Part shown: positions 48,388 through 56,154 of the stretch, in pieces
Layout: every line of letters starts with the position of its first letter
How positions within the stretch are numbered: the first letter of the stretch is position 1
NCBI GenBank assembly: GCA_965279035.1
Contig: OZ257142.1
Coordinates: 640,001-704,000 of the forward strand
Length of the DNA stretch: 64,000 nt
Direction: 5' to 3'
From: Bacteroidia bacterium
Lineage (GTDB): Bacteria > Bacteroidota > Bacteroidia > M30B66
Made by a program: the position numbers and the translations under genes
Notes under the pieces: generated by a model
The model's database searches: none
What the model saw: the letters and a program-made list of their open reading frames with translations, nothing else
Told to the model about the DNA's origin: nothing

Positions 48388-51216
48388 ATGAAAAATATTA
48401 TTCGAGTTTTTGTCATTCTTCTTGCTGGATTTCAATTCGCAATAGGACAAAATCAAGTTAGCCCCAATCATCCTGATTATGATAGATTAAAGGCTGCAGG
48501 TTTAATTCATCCAGAACTGCAAAGTGGTATATTCAAATCGATTAATGGTGAGATAAAGTCGCTTAAACCCTTGAGCGAGATGACTCCGATCATCAATTAC
48601 GACTATTCTAAAAATAGAAGTAGTGACCGGGATGCTACTTGTAATTGCTTTCAACAAGTAGATAGTACATTTCAAATTGCTCCATTTACCAATGGTTCAG
48701 CTCCAGAATATCGTAATGATGACGGCTCAACAGCATTAATTCAACTTCCCTTTAGTTATTGCTTATATGGCGATTCCTATAATAGCTGTTTTATTAACAA
48801 TAATGGGAATGTTTCATTTAATCAAGCAGTAGGAACATTCTCTTCTGCGGCATTTCCAAATGCTTCTGTGATGGTTGCTCCTTTTTGGGCTGATGTGGAT
48901 ACACGTGGTGCCACAAGTGGATTGGTTCACTACAAAATTACCGAACATTATTTAGTTGTTATTTGGGATAATGTAGGTTATTACAACAGTCAAACGGATA
49001 AGAAAAATAGTTTCCAACTCATCATTTCCGATGGTACTGATCCGATTGTACCTTTTGGAAACAATACCGCCTTTTGTTACGGAGATATGCAATGGACAAC
49101 AGGTAGTGCTTCACAAGGCGTTGGTGGCTTTGGAGGATTTCCTGCGACATCGGGTGCCAATAGAGGAAATTCGATCAACTTCATACAATTTGGTCAATTT
49201 GGTCAAGCAGGAGGAACGTATCAAGGTCCCTTTGGAAATAATAGCGGAATTGATTGGTTAGACAATCGTTCATTCTTTTACAGCTCTTGTACAGATGGAA
49301 TTTCAACCAATGTTCCTCCTGTTTTAATTGCTTCAACTATTTGCGAAACAGCATATATCTGTGTTGGATCGCAAGTGAGTTTTGAATTAAGCTTTTTTGC
49401 TGTTGAGGAAGGACAGAATTGTACGATTGAAGTGAGCCCCGCTGATTTACCCGGACTTACGATTGTAAGCAACACCGTTGGTAATATTAGTACTATATCA
49501 GGCTATATTGATGCCTTGCCTGATAATATTGGTCCTCAGAGTTTGACGTTTACAGTAACCGACGATGGTGATCCTGCTGGAGTTACTCAACTCACTCTTC
49601 CCATTGCTGTTGTTGATAATAACTTTGTTCCAGAAATTACATCTATCCCTGATTCCATTTGCGAAGGCCAATGCGCTACATTATCGGTTGGACAGTTTGA
49701 TACATATCTCTGGTCAAATGGAGAAACTACACCTACAATACAAGCATGTAGTACAACAGAAGTTTATTCTTGTCATGTAACTATTGGCACATGTGCAGGA
49801 GATTCTGACCCTTATTCAGTTCCTTTAACATCCATACAAGCCCCAGTTATTACAGGTAATTCGTCGGTTTGTCAAGGTTTAACTACTACACTTACTTCTT
49901 CCTCTGGATTTGCTACATATAGCTGGTCAGGAGGATTGTTCGGGCAATCAATCAATGTAGGTCCAGGAACATATATTTTAACTGCAGCAAACAGTGGAGG
50001 ATGCTCTGCGCGAGATACGTTTATAGTCCAAGCTTCTCCTGGTCCGATTCCTATTATTGTTGCAAGTGATACGTCTATCTGTGTTGGACAAACAACACAA
50101 TTAGCTGTTCAAGATACTTTCATGAACTATTCATGGACAAATTCGGCGAGTATTGCCGATACAGCCATTGTAAGTGCAGGAGATTATGTTGTAACTGTTA
50201 CCGATTCTGCAGGTTGTATTGGTACAGGCTCCTTTACAGTTATCGAAACTCCTAATCCTGCACCAATCATTTCGGGAAACAATCATACTTGTTTTGATGA
50301 AGTAACACCGCTCACATGTACTCAAAATTATGCTCAATATCTTTGGTCTAGTACTTCAAACCAATCATTGATACTAGTAAATCAAGGGAACTATACCGTT
50401 ACTGTAACAGATAACAATGGCTGTTCAGGAACATCTGCTCCATTTGTAGTTACTAACTCAGCGCCTCAGGCACAGTTAACTGGTATTGCGGATTTTTGTG
50501 AAGGAGATAGTATTTTGATTGTTGCTGGAGGTAATTTTCCAGACTATTTGTGGTATACAACTCCTGATGGAACAATTTCTCCTGACACTTTGGGTAGTAA
50601 TGATAGCCTTTACTTCCATGGAGGTTTATTAACTCTCGAAATTCATGATGCTTTTGGATGCGAAGACACAATCAATGTAAATGCTCCATCTACTCCTCAC
50701 CCGCTTGCTTCATTTAGCCGAGATCCATCGAGTGATTTAGTTCATATCAACACTCCTATTCAATTTACGGATACATCTGTTCCCAATGTGAACGATCCAT
50801 TAACAAATTGGGACTGGAATTTTACTCCTCCATCACAAGATTTCACACAACAAAATCCACTTATTGCATTTCCCGATACGGGTGTTCAAACGGTAACGCT
50901 TATAGTAACTTCCGACTTAGGTTGTTCTGATACGGCATCATCAACTGTTTATATTGTAGACGATCCTTTTGTGCCGAATGCCATTTCACCTGATGGAGAT
51001 GGAATTAACGATTTCCTTAAAATACCATTCCTTAGTACGTACCCTAAAAATACCTTGGTAATCTTTAATCGATGGGGTAAAAAAGTATACGAAGTGACCG
51101 ACTATCTTAATAATTGGGATGGTGGTGATTTACCGGCTGGAACTTATTTTTATGTTGTTAGAGCTCCTGATTTAAAAGAAGAATTGAAAGGTTCTGTGAC
51201 CATTTTAAGAAAATAA
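48388..51216 (+). CDS. Nidogen-like (NIDO) domain adhesin with a T9SS type B C-terminal domain
   Basis: NDDGS...LPF..YG...INNNGNVSF, APFWADVDTR, NSFQLII and FCYGDMQWTTG (NIDO); Ig-like repeats; type B CTD. Confidence 0.88.
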   Translation: MKNIIRVFVILLAGFQFAIGQNQVSPNHPDYDRLKAAGLIHPELQSGIFKSINGEIKSLKPLSEMTPIINYDYSKNRSSDRDATCNCFQQVDSTFQIAPFTNGSAPEYRNDDGSTALIQLPFSYCLYGDSYNSCFINNNGNVSFNQAVGTFSSAAFPNASVMVAPFWADVDTRGATSGLVHYKITEHYLVVIWDNVGYYNSQTDKKNSFQLIISDGTDPIVPFGNNTAFCYGDMQWTTGSASQGVGGFGGFPATSGANRGNSINFIQFGQFGQAGGTYQGPFGNNSGIDWLDNRSFFYSSCTDGISTNVPPVLIASTICETAYICVGSQVSFELSFFAVEEGQNCTIEVSPADLPGLTIVSNTVGNISTISGYIDALPDNIGPQSLTFTVTDDGDPAGVTQLTLPIAVVDNNFVPEITSIPDSICEGQCATLSVGQFDTYLWSNGETTPTIQACSTTEVYSCHVTIGTCAGDSDPYSVPLTSIQAPVITGNSSVCQGLTTTLTSSSGFATYSWSGGLFGQSINVGPGTYILTAANSGGCSARDTFIVQASPGPIPIIVASDTSICVGQTTQLAVQDTFMNYSWTNSASIADTAIVSAGDYVVTVTDSAGCIGTGSFTVIETPNPAPIISGNNHTCFDEVTPLTCTQNYAQYLWSSTSNQSLILVNQGNYTVTVTDNNGCSGTSAPFVVTNSAPQAQLTGIADFCEGDSILIVAGGNFPDYLWYTTPDGTISPDTLGSNDSLYFHGGLLTLEIHDAFGCEDTINVNAPSTPHPLASFSRDPSSDLVHINTPIQFTDTSVPNVNDPLTNWDWNFTPPSQDFTQQNPLIAFPDTGVQTVTLIVTSDLGCSDTASSTVYIVDDPFVPNAISPDGDGINDFLKIPFLSTYPKNTLVIFNRWGKKVYEVTDYLNNWDGGDLPAGTYFYVVRAPDLKEELKGSVTILRK

Positions 51217-51233
51217 ATCATCTCATTATTATT

Positions 51234-51274
51234 GAACGGCGATTCTTCTTTCTAGAAAAATCGCCGTTCTTTTT
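51234..51274 (+). terminator. Intrinsic terminator
   Basis: GAACGGCGATT...AATCGCCGTTC stem followed by TTTTT. Confidence 0.85.
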
Positions 51275-51310
51275 ATGTTATCGTGTACATTTGACACCCA
51301 AACAGATATT

Positions 51311-52264
51311 GTGAAAGTTACCGAACACATCGAAAAAGCATCAGGGACACTTTTTTCATTTGAAGTACTTCCTTCGCTTAAAGGGCGTGATATCCAAGAT
51401 TTATACGATGGAATTGAGCCATTATTAGAGTTTAACCCCAGCTTTATTAATGTAACATATCATCGAGAAGAATTCATTTACAAAAAACTCACTAATGGAT
51501 TACATGAAAAAATACATGCACGGAAACGTCCAGGTACGGTGAGTATTTGTGCTGCAATCAAATACAAATATGGTATCGATACAGTGCCTCATCTGATCTG
51601 TGGAGGATTTACATGTGATGATACAGAATTAGCATTGCTCGACATGCACTATTTGGGAATGGACAATGTATTGGCTTTACGTGGCGATTCGGTGAAAGGT
51701 GATTCCCAATTTATTCCTGAAAAGAACGGACATGCCTATGCCTCTACCTTAGTTCGTCAAATTACCGAGATGAATAAAGGACATTATTTGGATGATGATA
51801 TTGTTGAAGGAATTCCTACTGATTTTTGTGTTGGAGTAGCAGGTTATCCTGAGAAACATTTTGAAGCTCAGAATTTGAAAACCGACTTGAAATATTTGAA
51901 AGAAAAAGTTGATGCCGGGGCGCATTATATTGTTACTCAAATGTTTTTCGATAACAAGAAATTTTTTGCATTCACAGATGCTTGTCGAAAAGCAGGAATC
52001 AATGTCCCAATTATACCCGGGATAAAGCCCATAACAACATTAAAACATGTTTCGTTTTTACCTAAAACATTTCACATCGACATGCCTGAAGCGCTTGCCG
52101 ATGAATTGGAAAAATGTAAAAACAATGAGCAAGTAATGCAGGTTGGAATTGAATGGGGAATTCAACAATCGAAAGAATTAATTGCTGCTGGTGTTCCTTG
52201 CATTCATTTTTATACAATGGGTAAATCGGAAGCTGTAAAAAGAATCGTAAAAGGAGCTTACTGA
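51311..52264 (+). CDS. metF: 5,10-methylenetetrahydrofolate reductase
   Basis: FSFEVLP, VPHLICGGF, LALRGD, VAGYPEKH, VTQMFFD and HFYTMG motifs. GTG start at 51311 follows a TACATTTG -7 element at 51286-51293. Confidence 0.95.
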   Translation: MKVTEHIEKASGTLFSFEVLPSLKGRDIQDLYDGIEPLLEFNPSFINVTYHREEFIYKKLTNGLHEKIHARKRPGTVSICAAIKYKYGIDTVPHLICGGFTCDDTELALLDMHYLGMDNVLALRGDSVKGDSQFIPEKNGHAYASTLVRQITEMNKGHYLDDDIVEGIPTDFCVGVAGYPEKHFEAQNLKTDLKYLKEKVDAGAHYIVTQMFFDNKKFFAFTDACRKAGINVPIIPGIKPITTLKHVSFLPKTFHIDMPEALADELEKCKNNEQVMQVGIEWGIQQSKELIAAGVPCIHFYTMGKSEAVKRIVKGAY

Positions 52265-53763
52265 GAATCAATTTGAAGCAGACTGCTATTGCCTTTTTGC
52301 AAGCCTAGCAAGAAAATAGTATTCCGATAATTTCTCCAATAAATAGAAGGTAGAAATGGCGTTTTGACGGGTGTAATGAGTTCTCTTAGTTGACCATTAC
52401 TTTCTATAACAATTGCAGTGAAATGACTCTTTACAGGATCACTCATTTCAAAATCGGTCTTCGAATTTTCGGTGTTGGATTTATTATAGAGAATTAAAAG
52501 TCTTTCAGAATTGTCAATAAAATAATCGAATGATAAATATGCTCCATCATCATCTTGAGTATGTTGCTGCTTCTCTATCGTTTGGTACCAATCAATTTCA
52601 CCGCGATCATTCATAGAAACAAGGAGGATTTTACCACTATAGTAATGCTTGTGGCAAATTTCAACACCTGTTCTATAGTCGTTCTCACAGATTTCTTTTT
52701 CATCTGTTTTTTCTGCAATTAGGATTAAACCACCTTTTTTGGATGGGATGCATTCTTTGATTTTAAATCCCGAGAAATCTTCTAATCCTGAGATTTTATT
52801 TTCTCCAACAAAAAGTCCTTTAAAATCAACGTCAAATCGATGAATCCCTTTATTCTCAACTAATCCTGTTTCACGATTAATTCTCAAATAGAATATACCA
52901 GAAACCTGATCACTTTGCTGAAAATTATCGCGCAAAATTCCTCCAACAAGTAATTTATCATCTTCACTTAATTGCACCTTCATTCCCGATACAACCTTAT
53001 CCGGAATGTCGAGTTGATATTCAATAGCCTCATCACTCATCACTGGAAAAGCAAAAAGAGAATACACACTTTCTGAGGTGTCGCTTCCTTTATGTCCTTT
53101 TAGCAGTAAATGCACATTGCCCGGTTGATCAACCAATAAATCACTTATCTGTGGATCTTTCCCTTGAAATGGTAAATAAGAACTGAATTGCTTTTGAAGG
53201 TTGAAATCTTTATCGTACAAACTCAAATGGACCTTCGGAATTCCTTGCTGCTCCGATTCATTCAAACTAATCACAGCCAATCGTTCTTGCCCTTCAATGC
53301 CTGCAATTTCAAAACGGTGATGATTGAAATCAAAATGACTTGTTTCACTTGATTGCAATGTTTTTCGAGGAAGCATTTCTCCTTTACTATTCACTGGAAT
53401 TACTTGCAATGTATTCGCTTTCCTTTGTTTGTCATATGAGGACCCAAACAAACAAAGTTGATTATTCCATACACGAATGTCTTCGGGGAAAAACTGTTGC
53501 CGATCTTGAAACAAACCTTCAAACTTCCATTCTCCTTTTTTTACAAGTGTTGTGGAGTCAATTAATTCTACAAGAATATCTTTAATGAATCCTGATCGTT
53601 GGTCTGCATTTGCTCTGATAACAGCAATATGTCCATCCACAAAACCAAGCAATTTTACAGGAGAAAATTCTTTAGAATTCCCGTATTCAAGACCTTGCTT
53701 AAATGTTTGTCCTTTCAAACAAATAGCAACATGTAAAAAGAATAGCAGCCCAATAAACCTCAT
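52258..53763 (-). CDS. Secreted hypothetical protein, beta-rich
   Basis: 501-aa ORF with a signal peptide, coupled to rlmN; W...I.K.Q motif near the C-terminus. Confidence 0.7.
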   Translation of the reverse strand: MRFIGLLFFLHVAICLKGQTFKQGLEYGNSKEFSPVKLLGFVDGHIAVIRANADQRSGFIKDILVELIDSTTLVKKGEWKFEGLFQDRQQFFPEDIRVWNNQLCLFGSSYDKQRKANTLQVIPVNSKGEMLPRKTLQSSETSHFDFNHHRFEIAGIEGQERLAVISLNESEQQGIPKVHLSLYDKDFNLQKQFSSYLPFQGKDPQISDLLVDQPGNVHLLLKGHKGSDTSESVYSLFAFPVMSDEAIEYQLDIPDKVVSGMKVQLSEDDKLLVGGILRDNFQQSDQVSGIFYLRINRETGLVENKGIHRFDVDFKGLFVGENKISGLEDFSGFKIKECIPSKKGGLILIAEKTDEKEICENDYRTGVEICHKHYYSGKILLVSMNDRGEIDWYQTIEKQQHTQDDDGAYLSFDYFIDNSERLLILYNKSNTENSKTDFEMSDPVKSHFTAIVIESNGQLRELITPVKTPFLPSIYWRNYRNTIFLLGLQKGNSSLLQIDSQ

Positions 53764-54836
53764 GCATTCATTTTCTTCTGAACATTCAAGGCAGAATCAT
53801 TCTTATTAGCCAACTGGCCACATGCTGCATCAATATCACGACCTCTACTTCTTCGAACATTCACGATTACTCCTTTTTGTTCTAAGAAAGAAGTAAAACG
53901 ATTGAGCTGTTCATCACTCGCCCGTTGAAATTCACCATCATCTATTGGATTGTATTCTATGATGTTGACCTTCGAAGGCACTTTTTTCACTAAAGCAACT
54001 AGTTCGCGAGCATCATCCAAAGAATCATTGAAATCCTTAAATATGATGTATTCCAAGGTTGGACGTGTTCCTGTTTTATCGTAAAAATACTGTAAAGCTT
54101 CGGCCAAAGCTTCTAAGGTATTGGTATCGTTTATCGGCATTATTTTGCTGCGCTTCTCATCATTGGCAGCATGGAGCGATAAAGCAAGATTGAATTTTAC
54201 TTCATCATCACCCAATTTTCGAATCATCTTGGAAATTCCTGCAGTAGAAACCGTAATACGTTGAGGTGACATACCCAATCCATCGGGCGAAGTAATTTTT
54301 TCGATGCTTCCCAGAACATTCTTGTAATTGAGTAAGGGCTCACCCATACCCATGTATACGATATTCGAAAGTGGAATTTGATAATTCTCCTCACTTTGCC
54401 GACGAATAGCTACAACCTGATCATAAATTTCAGCTGCATCCAAATTTCGCATCAGCTTGAGCTTCCCTGTTGCACAAAACTTACAGGTTAAACTACATCC
54501 AATTTGAGATGAAATACAGGCTGTCATTCGGCTGCTTGTAGGAATTAAAACGCCTTCTACAACAGGACCGTCGTGTAATCGAAATGCAGTTTTTATTGTC
54601 CTGTCGGAACTCTTTTGCATACTGGCAACCGCAATTCCTTGAATGCAAAATGCACTTTCTAGTTTTGCCCGCAAATCCTTACTGAGGTTGGTCATTTCGG
54701 CAAATGAATGCACCGACTTTTGCCATAACCATTCGTAAACTTGTTTTGCACGAAATCGTTGCTGTCCTTGTTCTGTAAACCAGTTGAGGAGTTCATCGTA
54801 AGTCAGCGTTCGAATGTCGATGAGAGTTTGTGGCAT
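53760..54836 (-). CDS. rlmN: 23S rRNA (A2503-C2)/tRNA methyltransferase RlmN
   Basis: CISSQIGCSLTCKFCATG radical-SAM motif, MGMGEPL, DIDAACGQL. Start set to ATG 54836. Confidence 0.96.
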   Translation of the reverse strand: MPQTLIDIRTLTYDELLNWFTEQGQQRFRAKQVYEWLWQKSVHSFAEMTNLSKDLRAKLESAFCIQGIAVASMQKSSDRTIKTAFRLHDGPVVEGVLIPTSSRMTACISSQIGCSLTCKFCATGKLKLMRNLDAAEIYDQVVAIRRQSEENYQIPLSNIVYMGMGEPLLNYKNVLGSIEKITSPDGLGMSPQRITVSTAGISKMIRKLGDDEVKFNLALSLHAANDEKRSKIMPINDTNTLEALAEALQYFYDKTGTRPTLEYIIFKDFNDSLDDARELVALVKKVPSKVNIIEYNPIDDGEFQRASDEQLNRFTSFLEQKGVIVNVRRSRGRDIDAACGQLANKNDSALNVQKKMNA

Positions 54837-54840
54837 TGCG

Positions 54841-54901
54841 CAAAGATACGAATGCAAACAGATAGCGGAGTATGGGAAAAGGACAATGCCTTGTACCTTT
54901 G
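54841..54901. promoter_or_regulatory. Divergent -7 promoter pair for rlmN and the amidohydrolase gene
   Basis: TATCTTTG (minus, 54841-54848) and TACCTTTG (plus, 54894-54901), each 4 nt from an ATG. Confidence 0.65.
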
Positions 54902-54905
54902 TCCA

Positions 54906-56093
54906 ATGCGTCGAATCCTTGCCGATTGTATTTTCCCAATAAGTTCGGAACCCATAAAAAATGGAATTCTCCTAATCGATGATGAAGGGACAATTCTCGG
55001 ATTGTTATCTCCTGGAATGGAAGGATATGAAGAGCGTTTAGCTGAGAGATACGATGGTTGGCTGATCCCTGGAATGATCAATACCCATTGCCATCTCGAG
55101 TTATCTCACTTGTTTAAAGCAGTTCCCGAAAGAATAGGCTTGGATGGGTTTGTCGAAACGTTAATGAAGGTTCGTTCTGCATCTGAAGCCACGATCCAGA
55201 AAGCCATGCAGGAAGCCGATGCTTATATGTGGGAAAATGGAATAGTGGCTGTTGGTGATATCTCCAATTCATCTAGAAGTTTTTCGATAAAAGAAAATTC
55301 TAAAATTCAGTATCACACCTTTATTGAACGCTTTGGACTAGACGAATCTTTTGCTGAGAAAGCTTTTGATTCTGGAATTGACTTGCTGAATGAGTTGAAA
55401 AAAAACACACGGAATTCTCAAGGCAATCTAACGCCCCATGCTCCATATTCTGTTTCAAAAAAACTCTTGAAAAGTATCTGTGATCATATCGACCAAACGG
55501 ATGGCATTTTAAGCATACATAATCAGGAAACGGCGACTGAAGATGTGTTTTTCCAAACGGGAAATGGCTTGATGGCTGAGCGAATGCAACGCATGGGAAT
55601 TAACATGAGTAGCTTTCAGGTCTCTGGGAAATCTTCTCTTCAAACAATTCGATCTTCATTCCCTTCGGATAAAAAAATTCTTCTTGTTCATAATACATTT
55701 AGTTCGGAAGAAGATATCCAATTGGCTCAAGCAGAATTCAAAAAACTATTTTGGTGTTTATGTCCGGGTGCAAATCTTTATATCGAAAATCAACTTCCAC
55801 CTATCGAAATTCTCCGGAAAAATAATTGCCGAATTACCTTAGGAACAGATAGCCTTGCTTCGAATCATCAGCTCGATATTTTGTCCGAAATACGTTTAAT
55901 AAATTCTGCATTTCCTCAAATTTCGCTCAATGAATTATTTTCTTGGGCTACTTTAAATGGTGCAGAATTGCTCGGATTAGAAAGGAATTTAGGAAGTTTT
56001 CAGATTGGAAAAAAACCAGGAATTGTGCTCATTCAATTTGTTGATAAATTCAACGGATTAATTCTTCCGGAGAGTCGCGCAAGCTTCATTTGA
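54906..56093 (+). CDS. Metal-dependent amidohydrolase (TRZ/ATZ/nucleoside deaminase-like)
   Basis: PGMINTHCHLELS, PHAPYSVS, IHNQE, LVH, LGTDSLASN and ATLNGA motifs. Start set to ATG 54906. Confidence 0.88.
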   Translation: MRRILADCIFPISSEPIKNGILLIDDEGTILGLLSPGMEGYEERLAERYDGWLIPGMINTHCHLELSHLFKAVPERIGLDGFVETLMKVRSASEATIQKAMQEADAYMWENGIVAVGDISNSSRSFSIKENSKIQYHTFIERFGLDESFAEKAFDSGIDLLNELKKNTRNSQGNLTPHAPYSVSKKLLKSICDHIDQTDGILSIHNQETATEDVFFQTGNGLMAERMQRMGINMSSFQVSGKSSLQTIRSSFPSDKKILLVHNTFSSEEDIQLAQAEFKKLFWCLCPGANLYIENQLPPIEILRKNNCRITLGTDSLASNHQLDILSEIRLINSAFPQISLNELFSWATLNGAELLGLERNLGSFQIGKKPGIVLIQFVDKFNGLILPESRASFI

Positions 56094-56154
56094 ATCGCTA
56101 AAATTGTGGATTGTTCTCAGAAGGGTGTCATGCCGACACGTTTCTACAATCAAC

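Noticed and set aside
51217-51310. SAM riboswitch upstream of metF
   Set aside because: The space is taken by the upstream terminator and a -7 element 17 nt before the start; there is no room or motif for a riboswitch.
54741-54905. Long N-terminal extensions given in the ORF track (here and for gmhA, the M20 hydrolase, the MBL hydrolase, cruF, hmgA and metF)
   Set aside because: The extensions overlap neighbouring genes or promoter elements, so downstream start codons were used instead.
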